This document shows, in pieces, positions 15,771 through 31,600 of a stretch of DNA of 64,000 nucleotides (position 1 is the stretch's first letter; every line of letters starts with the position of its first letter). The notes beneath the pieces are model-generated. The model was not told the DNA's origin. It did not search any database and saw only the letters and a list, made by a program, of their open reading frames with translations. Made by a program: the position numbers and the translations under genes. The stretch comes from the human T2T-CHM13v2.0 reference genome, Homo sapiens. The stretch lies in NCBI RefSeq assembly GCF_009914755.1, contig NC_060936.1; one strand, written 5' to 3'.

Positions 15771-16068
15771 TTTTTTCTTTCTTTTTTTTTTTTTTTGACA
15801 ATATCTCGCTCTGTTACTCAGGCTGCAGTGCAGTGGCACAATCATAGCTCATGGCAGGCTCAAACTCCTGGGCTTAAGTGATCCTATCACCTCAGCTCCT
15901 ACATAGCTGGGACCACAGGTATGCACAACATCCAGCTATTTTTTTTTATTATTTTTTGTAGAGCTAAGGTCTCATGTTGCCTAGATCTTGAACTCCTGGA
16001 CTCAGGTGATCCTCCTGCCTCAGCCTCCCAAAGTACTGGCATTATAGTTATGAGCCACCATGCCTGGC
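15771..16068 (-). mobile_element. AluJ nested in the L1PB 5'UTR
   Basis: atcatagctca, aactcctgggcttaagtgatcc J-type motifs. Confidence 0.85.
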
Positions 16069-16463
16069 CACACATTGTGAACTTTTATCCAAGAAGGAAA
16101 AGAGAAACTTAACAGAAAAAGTGAAAGAAACTTCACTTTCAAAGGAGCAGTAGGCAGTGAGGCAGAAAACTGTGAGTCTCCAAAGGGCAAAAGAGGGAGA
16201 GACCATCACCATGATTCTCATTTCCACTGCAGAGCCTGGCAATTCAGGCCACAGGGGAGCGCCTTAACCCTACCCAGCACTGAAGCTGATTTTGTGAGCA
16301 GCGAGGAGGATATGAGGAGCGGCATCAGGACACACTTTGCAGGCACTCCTAGACCCCAGTGAAACAGAAGGAAGACATTCCTGATCCTAACTCGTAAAAT
16401 CCTCCAAAAGTTGGCAAGTTAAACTCAGCCAGCGCTTAGAGGTTGCCAGAAACTCCCAACTGT

Positions 16464-16961
<498 letters not shown>

Positions 16962-19052
16962 TCAGTTTTGTATTCTGAGCATGAACTGCCTGAGATTCCG
17001 CTGGCAGTTACAGCTTTCTTCTGCTGAAGTCTGCAGGTGTGAGACACACCATGTCAGGGGCATGAGAGCTGAGTGGGTCTCACTGTGGTCTGCTGCCCCT
17101 CTCTTCCTGTGCAGACTGTTTTGTGCAGCAGAAATGGTTCCACTCCTCTCTGGAACATTACCCCAGTGGCCAGGAAACTTCCTTTCAACCTCCGCTGCTT
17201 TGCATCTGCACTTGGGCAGCCGCAGCGCAAACTTGGCTCACCCAACCCCCACACAGCTTCACCTCCTTTATATGCCTTGGTAGCAGACAATGGATAGGGA
17301 CTTTTGAGAGTTCGATGGCCCCACCCATCTCCTGGGATATCTGAGTACTCTTCCTGGGTAACCTAGGCCATGCATAAATCCCACAGCCACAGCTGGCTCC
17401 CTCCTGAAAGTGTCACCTCCTGGCAGGAGGTCAACTGGCACAGCCAATTACAACATCTGCTGACACAACATAGTACTCATAGTGAACATGCTCACTGTAG
17501 CTGGCAATTGAGTAAGCCACCACACTAAGGCTATTTATAACCAAGGAAATCTTAGAGAGATACATCACTTCCCTGTCACCCCCATCAGAGCTGGTGCTTG
17601 CACCTGCCACTGGGAGACCAGAGGACAGATCAGCCTTGTCCAGCTCCACCCACCACCAGCATGGGTTGTGGCAGCCCCACCAGGTGGCTAGATCCAGAGG
17701 AGCAGGAGAATTCACAGTCTTCTGACCCTAAGGGACTGCCACTCCTAGGGGAAAAGGGAGTGCACCACACCAAGGGAGCACCCCACATGACAAAAGAAAC
17801 CAGAGAGTTTTTCTCTATTCCAGAACTTTCTGCTTGTGGGCAAAGAACAGCTGCATCTCTTTAAGCAGAGGCACAGGCAGAGTGCTGGGCTCAGTGGAGG
17901 AAGACTATGGCTCTGCACAGCAGTCAAGCAGCCCCTGTGCTCATGAAGAGATTTGGAGAAGGGTACTTCTTGTCTCCCTTGGCCATTGCTGCAGGCACAC
18001 CCAGGAATTCTCCTGTGAAAACTCAGTGAGAGTGCACCTGTACACAGCCTTTCTGGAACATTTGGGGGTGACTGCGTCCCCAAGGGAGGTGTGCCCTCCA
18101 GGTTCAGGCTTGCAAGAGGGGTGGAGTTCCACTCCCCCTCTACATGAATATCAGTATTCCTGCAGATGGACCGAGGTGCCTATCTGATCTGAATATAAAA
18201 AATCCTGGGATGGGGGCATGATAGGAAGGTAGGTCACTTTTGTGCTGGCCTCATAGTGGAGCTGAGGTGACTCCCTCCCTCCCCTGTAAAGATTTCAATG
18301 TATTTCGCTGGGAGCTCCTCCAGCCGCCTCTATTAGAGCTGGGACTTTTGCCCACTATTGGGTTTTGCATTTACCCAGCTGCTTCAGCCACAGGCAGTTC
18401 TTACCCTTAGGTGGCTTCTACTGGCCTGAAGGCTGAACTGTTCAACCCAGTGAAAAAATACTGAGGGTGTGGGGAGGGAAGTACACATGACTGGGGAATG
18501 AGGTAAGCTTCATGAGACCTCTGCCACCCTAGCCCCACAGGAGACAGTAAACCTGCTTACACATCCAGTACATAGCTACTACAAGCAGCATGTGAGAAAG
18601 TCATTGCACAAAGATTCTCTATATCTAAGGAACTCATACAGAGTCTTTGACATGGAAAGCACCCAGAGCCAAAGCTAGTCAATCATAAACTATACACATT
18701 ATAGTCACAACCTCAAAGCTCCATCAAAATAAATTTTTAAATAATAAGAAGAAATATCCCCAGATGAGAAAGAACCAGAAAAATGATTCTGGCAATATAA
18801 AACAAACAAACAAACAGTTTTATAACACCCCCAAAAGATCACCCTAACTCTCCAGCAAAGGATCCAAATCAAATGAAATCTTTGGAATACCAGATAAAGA
18901 ATTCAAAAAATTGATTGCAAAGTTTCTCAGTGCGATCCAAGAGAAAGTTGGAAACCAACATAAAAAATCAAAAAATACAATTCAGGATATAAATGAAAAA
19001 TTATCTAAAAACAAATATTTCTTTAAAAAACAAAACAAAAAAAAACAGAATT

Positions 19053-19379
<327 letters not shown>

Positions 19380-19562
19380 TTAGGGAATTACACAACGCAG
19401 TTGAAAATTTTAACAGTAAACTAGACCAAGCAGATGAAAGAAATTAAGAGCTTGAAGATGAGGCTTTTAAGTTAACCCAATCAGACAAAAATAACAAAAA
19501 CAAAAAGAAATAAAGTCTCCAAGAAATGTGGCATTACATAAAATGTCAAAACCTAACAATCC

Positions 19563-19695
19563 AGAAGAAGAAGGAAAAATGATGAAGGAAGGAGAAGAAG
19601 AAGAAGGAAGAGGGAGGAGGAGGAGGAGGAAGAGGAGGAGGAGGAGGGAGAAGGAGGAGAAAAGGAAGAGGAAGAGGAAGAAGAAGGAGAAGGGG
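19563..19695 (+). repeat. GA-rich low-complexity tract ((GAG)/(GAA)n) expanded inside L1 ORF1
   Basis: Near-pure purine run. Confidence 0.9.
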
Positions 19696-22600
19696 ACAAC
19701 AATAAAATGTTTAGAAACCTATTTGAGAGGACAATTGAGGAAATATTCCCTGGTCTTGCTGGAATATTAGACATCTAGACACAAAAAGCTCAAAGAACTC
19801 CTGGGAGATACATTACAAAAAGGATATCACCACAGTATATAATTATCAGGTTATATAAAATCAATGTGAAGGAAAGAATTCTAAGAGTAGTGAGACAAAA
19901 TAACTTATAAAAGAAATAACATATAAAGGAAATCAAATAACTTATAAAGGAAAACCTATTAGACTAACAGCAGACTTCTCAGCAGAAACCTTCTAAAACA
20001 GAAGGCCTTGGGGTCTTGTCTTTAGTCTTCTAAACAGAAGAACTATCAGCCAAGAATTTTGTATCCTGCAAAACTAAATTTCATAAATAAAGGTGAAGTA
20101 AAGTCATTCCCAGACAAACAAATGCTGACAGAATTTGTCACAATTAGACTACCTCTACAAGAAATGCTCAAAGGAATGGTAAACATCAAAGCAAAAGGTT
20201 GATATTCACCAGTATAAAAACACTCAAAATTATAAATTCATAGAGCTTATGAAATAATAACACAGTGGAGAATACAAAGCAATTAATGATCCACATGATG
20301 AATGGAACAGTTACCCACATATCAATATTGACTTTGAATGTAAATGTTCTAAATTCTCCACTTAAAAGATATAGGTTGGCAGAATTGATAAAATACATAA
20401 TCCAAATATCTACCTCCTTCAAGAGACCAACTTAACACATAAAGATTCTTACAGAGTCAAGATAAAAGAGTGGGAAAATATATATCATGCAAATGGAAGC
20501 CAAAAGCAAGCAGTAGTACCTATTCTTACATCACAGAAAACAGACTTTAAATCAACAGCAGTAATAAAGACAAAGAAGGTCATTATATAATGATAAAGAA
20601 TCAATTCAAGCAGAAGATATAACAATCATAAATATATACGCATCTAACATCAGAGCTCTCAGATTCATGAAACAAATACTACCAGACCTAAGAAAAGAGA
20701 TAGACAGCAATACAGTAATAAGGGAGAATTCAACAATCCACTGACAGAAGTAGACAGATTGTCAAGGCAGAAAGTCAACAAGGGAGCACTAGACTTAAAC
20801 TGGTCTCTGGAACAAATGGACCTAACAAATATTTACAAAACATTCTGCCCCAAAAGTGCAGCATATACATACTTCTCATCAGCACATAGAACATTTTCCA
20901 AGATAGACCATATGACAGGCCACAAAACAAGTCTCAATAAATTTTTAGAGATTTAAATCCTACCAAGTATCTTCTCAGACCACAGCAGAATAAAACTAAA
21001 AATCAATTTTAGGAGGAGCTCTCAAAACTATAAAAAACACATGGAAATTTAAAACCTGCTTCTGAATGATCTTTGGGTCAATGATGAAATTAAGACAAAT
21101 TTTTAAAAATTTTTGAAAGGAATTATAACAGTAACACAATGTATCAAAATCTCTGGGATACAGCAAGAGCAGAGCTAAGAGGGAAGTTTACAATGCTTAA
21201 TGCCTACACAAAAAAGACAGAAACATCACAATTGACAAGCTAATGTCATGCCTCAAGGAACTAGAAAAACAAGAACAAACCAAACCCAAACCTAGCAGAA
21301 GAAAAGAAATAATAAAGAGCAGAACTAAATGAAATTGAAACCAACAAATACAAGGATCAATGAAACAAAAAGTTGGTTATTTGAAAAGATAAATAAAATC
21401 GATAGACCAATAGCTAGATTAACCAAAAAAAGAAGAAAGAGAATTTAAATAAGCTCAATCAGAAATGAAAATGAAGACATTACAACAGATACTACAGAAA
21501 TGTAAAGTATTATTCAAGATTACTCTGAACACCTCTAAGCAAACAAACTAGAAAATCTAGAGGAAATAGATAAATTCCTAAAAACATATAGCCCCCCCAA
21601 GCCTGAATCAGGAAGAAATAGAACTCTTGAACAGACCAATAACAAGTCTTGAAATTGAATTAATACTAAAAAAAAAAAAAAAACCTCACAACAAAGAAAA
21701 GCCCAGAACTAGATGAATTCACAGCCAAATTCTACCAGTCATAAAACTGACATCAATCCTACCGAAACTACTCCAGTGGATCAAGAAGGAGAGAATCCTC
21801 CCTAACTCATTCTACAAAGCCAGTATCACCCTAATAACCAAGCCAGAAAAGGACACAGCCGAATAGGAAATGTCCCTGATGAACATAGATGCAAAAATTC
21901 TCAACAAAATACTAGAAAACCAAATCCAACAGCACATGAAAAAATTAATTCACCGCAATCAAGTGGGTTTCATTCCAGGGATGCTAGGAGGGATAAATAT
22001 ATGCAAGTCAATAAACATGATTCACCACATAAGCAGAATTAAAAATAAAAACCATATGATCGTATCAATAGATGTAGAAAAATCATTCAATAAAATCTAG
22101 CATCTCTTCCTGGTAAAAATTCTCCACAAACTAGGAATAGAAGGAAAAGAAACATAACTCAAAATAATAAAAGCCAGATACATCAAACCCATAGCCAACA
22201 TCATACTGAATGAGGGCAAAGTAGAATGTGTTCCCCCTAAGAACCAGAACAAGACAAGGGCTCCCAGTTTTACCACTTCCATTCAACATAGTACTGGAGG
22301 TCTCAGCCAGAACAATCAGGCAAAATAAAGAAATAAAGAGCATCCACATTGGAAAAGAGGATGTCAAACTGTCTCTGTTGGCTGTTGATATAAATGTATA
22401 CATAGAAAACCCCAAAGACTCCTAGATTTGATAAATGAATTTAATGAAGTCTCAGGGTACAAAATCAAGGTACGTAAATCAGTACCACTGCTATATGCCA
22501 ATAATGATCAAGCTGAGAATCAAATCGAGAACTCAATCCCATTTATAATAGCTGCAAAAAACATAAAATACCTAAAAATATGCTTAACTAAGGAGATGAA

Positions 22601-24431
22601 AGATCTCTACAAGGAGAACTACAAAACACTGATAAAAGAAATCATAGATGACACAAACAAATGGAAAAGCATCCCATGTTCATGGATTAAAAGAATCAAT
22701 ATTGTGAAAATGACCATACTATCCAAAGCAATCTTCGGACTCAATATAATTACTGTCAAAGTATCAACATCATTTTTCACAGAATTAGAAAAAAAAACAC
22801 TAAAATTCATATGGAACCAAAAAAGAGCCTGAATAGCCTAAGCAATCCTAAACAAAAATAACAAATCTGGCAATATCACATTACCTGACTTAAAATTATA
22901 CTACAAGGCTCTAGCAACCAAAACAGCATGGTTGTAAAATAAAAGTAATATAAAAGTAGACATATAGACCAATGAAACAGAATATACCCAGAAATAAAGC
23001 CACGTCTCTACAGCCAACTGATCTTCAACAAAGCCGATGAGAACATACACTGGGGAATCGATATCCTATTCAACAAATGGTGCTGGGAAAATTGGATAGC
23101 CAAATACAGAAGAATGAAACTGGATCCCTATCTCTGACCATATACAAAAAAATTAACACAACTTGGATTAAAGACTTAAATGTAAGACCCAAAACCATAA
23201 AGTTTCTAAAAGAAAACCTAGGGAAAAAAACTCTTCTCAACATTGGTGTAGGTAAAAGATTTATGACCAAGACCCCAAAAGCAAATGTAATAAAAACAAA
23301 AATAAATAAATAGGACTTAAATTAAAAAACTTCTGTACAGCTAAATAAATAATCAACAGAGTAAATAGACAACATATAGAATGGGAGAAAATATTCACAA
23401 ACTATACATCCAACAAACGGCTAATATCCAAGATCCACAGGGACCTCAAATCAGCAAGAAAAAAAGATAATAATCCCATAAAAAGTGGGAATATGTGAAG
23501 AGAGATTTTTCAAAAGAAGCCATACAAGTGGCCAACAAACATATGAAAAAAATGCTCCACATCACTAATCATCAGAGAAATAAAAATTAAAACCAAAATG
23601 AGATACCACCTTACAGTCAGAATGGCCATTAATAAAAAGTCAAAAAAAAAAAAATAGATACTGGCATGGATGCTGTGAAAATGGAACTCTTACTCACTGT
23701 TGATGTATTAGGTAAATTAGTACAACTTCTATGCAGAACAGTATGGAGAGTTCTCAAAGAACTAAAAACAGTTCTACCATTTGATCCAGCAATCCCACTA
23801 ATGGATATCTACCCAAAGAAAAAGAAGCCATTATATCAAAAAGACACCTGCACTTATATGTTTATTGCAGCACAATTCACAAACGCAGAGGTATGGAATC
23901 AACCTAAGTGCTTATCAATGGATGAGTGGATAAAGAAAATGTCAGATACGGATATAGAGATATAGATAGATATAGATAGATAGATCATGGAATACTACTC
24001 AGTTATAATAAAAGAACAAAATAATGTCTTTTTGCAGCAACTTGGTTAGAATTGGAGGCTATTATCCTAAGTGAAGTAACTCAGAAACAGAAAACCAAAA
24101 ACTGCATATTCTCACTTATAAGTGAAAGCTAAGCTATGGGTATGCATGGGCATATAGAATGGTATAATGAACACTGGAGACTCAAAAGTGGGAAGGGGAT
24201 GAGAGATTAAATATTACCTATTGGATACAATGTACACCATTCAGGTGATGGGTACACTAAAAGCCCAGACGTTACTACTATACAATTCATCCATTTAACC
24301 AAACCCCTAGAGCTACTAAAATAAATAAATAAATGAAAAGACAGCAGAAAATACATGACTAGCCCACATGAATATTACTAATGTATAGTTACCTATATAC
24401 AGCATATATTACAAATCTCTTGAGGTCTTCT

Positions 24432-24935
24432 TTGTATCACTTGAGTTCCTATTGTTGCTATAATGAATTATTCCAAGTTTACTGTCATAAAAGCCACACA
24501 CATTTATTATTTTCCCATTCTGGAGGTCAGAAATCTGAAATTGGTTTCACTGAGCTGAAATCAAGGCGTCAGCAGGGCCAATTCTCTCTTGAAGGTGTAG
24601 GGGAGAATCCATTTCCCTGCCTTTTCCAGCTTCAAGAGGCACCTGCATTCCTTGGCTCATGGTCCCTTTCTTTATCTACAAAACCAGCAACAGAGACTCT
24701 TCAAATCTCCCTCTCTCTCTTGGACTCTGACATTTCTGCCTGCCTCTTTCACTTATAAAAACTCTGGTAATTGCATTGAGTCTACACTCAGATAATTCAG
24801 GATAATTTCCCCATCTCAAGATCCTTAATCTAATCACACTTGCAAAGTCCCTCTTACCAGGCAGGGTAAGGTATTCACAGCTTCCAGAAAATAGGATGTG
24901 GTCATCTTGGAGGGGCCATTATCATGTCTACCACA
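24432..24935 (-). mobile_element. MaLR solo LTR (MLT1C/D-like)
   Basis: ttctggaggtcagaaatctgaaa, aatcaaggcgtcagcagggc, ccatctcaagatccttaa, terminal ctaccaca. Confidence 0.75.
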
Positions 24936-27209
24936 AGGTATTAATTAAAACATCAGAAGCAGTTTTAAATTAATTTGCCTTGTACTTAATTATTATGTAT
25001 CAATTTACCTTTGGGTCAGATAATATATGTGAGATTGATTCATTAACTAGAAAATGAAAATAAAATTTTTAATAGAGTTTTTATACTAGTCAATTATTTT
25101 CTGCTGAAAGGCCTTTAAGTTGAATGTTAAAACTGTTATTATAAACTTCCATGTAATGGTAGTTGGGTAGCAATAACAATAAACTGATAGTTTTCTGCCT
25201 GTAGCAGTATTTTGATGAGACTATTTTTGACTGAAACTCTTATTTTGTATTTAAAAAATCACTGCATTTTATGCTGTTATTTGCTTCACTGAATTATTTA
25301 ATTTAATATGTTCTATTAAAGAGACTTTAAAGCTAGATACAAATTTTTTCTCCGTATACATTTTTAATATTCACATTTTTAACCTAACGACCTAAAGATA
25401 AATTTGAATTTCTCAAACTATTCAACCTATAGTTTTTCCTCTGTAAAACTGCAGTGATACTGAACAAAACTGCTGCAAAGAATAAATAAGATAATGTATC
25501 TATAACTGTAGCCAAATTGCTGGGCCATAACAGGTAGGTAGGTCTTCAATAAACTTTTAGCCTGATCCAAAATATATTCCACAAGATTTGCTGACCAATA
25601 TTGAAACATGTTTCTACAAATACTGCAGATGAATAATACTGTGGGTGTTGTTTCTTAGTAAACTTGCCAAATTTTAAATATTTGGTTACTCTACACAATT
25701 AAATAAAATTTTAACATGAGCATCCAAGTAACTCTATTTACTAAAAATGGCTGTTTCTTTACATGATATATGACTAATGAGTGAAGCTATCCTATAGCTA
25801 TACAAAATGATAACGTTAAGCATTTTTTATTTTGTCTATCTAAAGGTGCCAATACATTGTGAAGAAAATTCTGTTAATTTCATTATATTTAATACAGCAT
25901 ATTCCAACTTAAAGTTATTCAGAAGATCAACTGAAGGCAAATCTAAAAGACAGCAGTGCTTTAAGAAATAAAAGTCATAAAACAAAAGTTTTTCAGTGGT
26001 TATAAATTACTTTCAAGTTGCATTATTTCAAATTTCTTCCTGTAATCTCATGTTCCTAGCTCTTTAACTCCCTTTGATTAAATGATGTTCCTTTGCTTTC
26101 ACTATTTTCTTTTTGTGAACTTGTCAAATCATCTTTGTCTTGTCTTGTACAATTTAAGAGACTTTTATGTAGCTCTCTGAGCGACTATCACCACACAAGT
26201 CCAACTGGGAGAATAATTTATGAGGTTCAAAATGAAGGGTCATTATGAATGCTGTCTTTCCCGCAATGAATACATACACTCTCTTGTTCATGCATGACAG
26301 GATTTTAACTAAATCAATGGAGATAGATGCTTTTAAATGAAGTATTATGAATGATATCATTGGTTACATAAAATAATTTACTTTTTATGTAATCTTTACC
26401 TTGTTTAATAAATTTAGAGAACTGGAAGAAAACTTCTTTAGGTGTGGGTTTATCTGTAACTGTCACATAAGTATTTCTTTGGTAGAAAACACAATTTCAA
26501 AAGTTGTAGTTTTATGTCCTTAGGTTAACATCTAGTATCCAGTCATAAGCCAGAATATTATGCATAGTAAGTATTCTGCACAATGATACTAAATGCAGAG
26601 GAAAAGCAAAGAGAGTAGATTTTCTCAATTTTGAAGAGAGGTTAATTTTTAAGTGTTTTTACTTTATCAAAGTATTCCTGACTGGTGTTCAGCAATCATT
26701 GGTTCTAGTAATGTTTATTTGGCTTTTTCTTATCATTTCAGTGCCCAGTATCTTTTTTTTTATTACAACAGACAAATCTAATTACTTCTGATTAATCTCA
26801 ATAGCTGTGATTTGGATTATGAATACTTCCCTTCCAATCTAACTGAAATCATAAATGTTTCCATGTCACCTTATTTTTTATAAGCACATGGTGTAAGGCA
26901 TACCAAATAAGAAAATATATTAACTTTTATCAGAGAGACAACTGTAATAGAAAACTCAATGTTTATTTTAGTATATTTATGTATATATGTTCTATTATTT
27001 TAAACAGCCTGTAAACCTAAGCCTCTCCTCTTATCTAAAAATCATCCGTCCTCCTCTCATTGCCTTTGCATTTTCACTAAACTCCCCTCTGTGTATTTAT
27101 CTTGCTTTTTAGGTATTTACTTGTGTGAGTAGTTTATGTTTTTTCATATGTCCTGAGCTCTCTGCCTTACCCACCATGCCTTGACTATAAAGAAATGATA
27201 GCTAACTTT

Positions 27210-27730
<521 letters not shown>

Positions 27731-27934
27731 CGAACACATGAGCATCACCCACATCTGGAGAACTTCAGTGCATACATTTTCCCCATGCTTGATTTTCAAA
27801 TCACCAAGTACTTTTAATTAACCTTCACTATTGTTATGATTTGACATTTGTTGTTCTATATATACAACTAATATCTGCCCCATACCATGCCAGAACATAA
27901 GAATACAACACCTAGTATTTTATAGATGAGTAAT

Positions 27935-28160
27935 AGCAGCTGCCATTTATTAAGCTTTTGCCATGTGCCAGGCACTGCATCTTATTATTTAATACTCAGA
28001 AAGATCTATGGGGTACCTACCAATTTATTTCCACTTTAGAGATGAGGAAAGTGAGGCAGAGAGAGGTTAGATGACTTGCCCAAGATCACACAGCTAGTAA
28101 ATGGTGAAGCCAGGATTTAAACTCAATGGCTGAACTCCAAAGCTTGGCTCTGAATGAGTG
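27935..28160 (-). mobile_element. MIR
   Basis: gatgaggaaagtgaggcagagagaggttagatgacttgcccaagatcacacagctagtaa. Confidence 0.8.
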
Positions 28161-28378
28161 AAGAGATGTGTTCCTAGAAATCTAGCTTGGAGAGTCAAGA
28201 AAAGTAATAGGGAGGAGATGACATTTGACATATCTGGAAGGGCAAAGTGGGAAAGAAAGGAAACAATACACTCAAGGGAGACAACAACATGGATAAAGTA
28301 CTGAGGAATGGTGTACCTGCAGCATAACAGGTGCTCAAAAATGCAAATGAAAAAAATGAATATCTTTATAGCCCATGA

Positions 28379-28660
<282 letters not shown>

Positions 28661-31600
28661 TAAAAAAGATAAACAAATGTATTATTTTATGCCATATAAT
28701 TACAGAAATAAACAACTTCTGGACCCATATCGTTTTTGAGATGCTTTGCAAACCTTTCAGTCATTGTTCAAGATCCCAAAGCATAATGGAAGCATTTGGC
28801 AGGGTTTTCCAATCTCCTGAGCATATAGAACAGAAAAGGGCATCCATGATCATCAGGCCCATCTTGATGGGTTTGGCATATGAGAATGATGCCTGAATAT
28901 TTTGATTACATCTGTTTAACCAGTCTTCATTGCGTTTAGAGTTAGAAAAATCAGATAAAAAGTGCCTGAGTGTTTTGCATTTGGGCAGGGGATCTTTCTA
29001 ATTTCTACTGTTCATAGTCACTGTTAAATAACTGAGTTTTACGGCTGTTCATCAAACTGGATGAAAGCTGCTTTTCCTACATGTCCATCCAGCTGAAAAA
29101 TTAATTCTCAAGAATAATGAGTTACATGGGAGAAGGGAGAGAAATATGAGCCAGTTCTAAAGAACACGACAGGATAGAATTTTTGCCTTATGAAAAAGTT
29201 TTCTTTCTTATTTCTTATAAGACAAAATTCTCATTTCAATTTAATAAGGACAATTACAACCATAACACTGGTTATAAAATCCATCTGGCTGGGTTATCTT
29301 TCCAAGCCCAAAAAAGCTATTTGGATGTTCTTTATGTTGCTATCTGTTTTTGGCTAAATTAATTGGACAACTTGGTTCAAGATAATGTTTACTATTATTA
29401 ATGATAATTATTAAATGCCTCTTCATTTTTGAAATAATATCCATGTTGAATATCTCTAAAGAATATTTAATTCATATTTTAAAATTAAAATGTAAATGTA
29501 CAGATTTTTTATAGAATTAACATTTTCAATTATCAATGTTTTCCATCAAATACAAAAGTTTTATTTATTCCCAAATAGCAAAATATATAAGCAGTTTTAT
29601 AAATTCCTCTTATACTATTAATTACTATTAATCAAACTCTTAAACCTGAATCTCCTTAAGAACAATTTAATCAGGTGTTACAACAGGCATTTTAAGTACA
29701 TTTGCGTTGTTTCCTAGTTCATTACACATTCAGGGACATTAACTCCCCTTCCCAGCTTCAGTTTTAAACTCTTTTTCCTCAAAGACAATATAGTATCTAT
29801 TGATAATAATTTCACAAAGGCTCATGTTTTACTCCCTGCATTTTTGTTCTGTTTTGGAGCTATGGAATGGATGAAATGCCTGTACTCATACTCAGAGAGT
29901 TTTGGCCTGAGCTCGGAGTAGCAAGGGTTTGATTTTTCTGGCAATTTCTAATCACAGTCACAAAAGCCAATGCATAAACGTTCAACTACAGGTGTCTAAT
30001 AAAGATTTTTCTCTTCAGTTAATTTAAGTAGAAACTAAAATTTCCAGGCATGTCTTACTTTATTTCCACACTTTTCATAGCAAGCAGGACTTGATAAAGA
30101 TTTCTTTAAACAACTTATTGGGAGATTAAGTGTGGAAATAACCTCCTAGATGGACATGGACTGAATAATATGTATGTTAATTTTATCAATATTGTGAAAA
30201 CAATAATTTGACAATAGATCACTATCTTTTTCATAATTATCATAAAATTTGAATGTGGTTTCCCTGTGTTCTAGAACTAATTAAAATTACTGAATAATGT
30301 TAAGTGATAACGATAGCATTTCTTCCTAGGACAATAAATCTATAATATTTGTGGGATTTGTTCTGTATGATGTAAAATTATAATTTACAGCATAGTGGTG
30401 GTGTTTATTACCCCTGTTATGACCTGGATAAATGACCAAGATCTCAAATATAGAGAATTAATGGGGGTTAATTTTTCATTGATGATCTATTTTTTGGATG
30501 GGGAGAGACAGAGAAAATGATTCAAACAAAGAAATATTAAGAAGTCAGTGATAGTTTATACTAATCTGTTATTGCAAATTATTTAGAATTTCAACCACTC
30601 AAAAAGATGTTTTCAGTTATTTTAGGTAGAGCACTTTGTCTACATAGGACATTAGCTAGGTCTCAATTTTTGTAAGTTATGAACAATTAAATTCACAGAA
30701 TAAGGTACAATTTGGACAGATGAATATACACTCCAGGGATAAACGTTTATATAACCATAGCTTATGCTACTTTTTGAAGCAGACAAAAGTAGCTAATCAT
30801 GGGTTCCATCATTTTATGAAGAGGAAGGCTAAAAAAGCAAAATAGAATGTGCAGATTTTAAGAGGATGTTTCATCACATGATGATCGCCAGATCACCCAA
30901 AATTCAAAACAGCATGAATACAAATTAAAATTATTATTAAATAATTATATTTTCAAAATATCTTCAGCAGAATGTTGAAGTGAACATGGGGAAGAAAATA
31001 AAGATGGCTTATGCCCTTCTCGTTTAAAAACAAGACAGATGTGAGAGGCATTTTAGATATAATTTCTTAATCTTAAGAAATATCTATATATAGGCTCTAT
31101 ATACAAGATATAAAGGCTCTAGGACAATCAATACATTTTTACCATTTTAATTCATATCAAATTCACAGAAATTCCAATTTCAATATTCATGGCTACATGT
31201 CTCTATAGTAAGGTTTTGCAACCAAGGAAGATTTTTTTAAATATTCTGCAATGACTACAAAAAGTATAGACATTTATGTTGCATAAGATATATATTTATG
31301 TGTTCTTTTGTATGTGTTAAAATTGGAGAACACTAACCAGACAGAGGGAAAATATTCACATGTAAAGTCATAGGTCTGGAAAGGTCATTTCTCCACGGTT
31401 TTCACTAATGTGTGTGGATATTTTAATTTTTATTTCTTCCTTCTATGTCCTTATCTGTGTTGTGTCTCATGACTGTTCTGGACTGTCCCTTGCGGTAGGT
31501 TTCCTCTGCTACTTAGACATCCCTAGTCAACGCTCAGATACATTTAGTGGCCTGGCACCTGGGGCTCCACAGCTGAGGGTATATCATTCTGACACACATC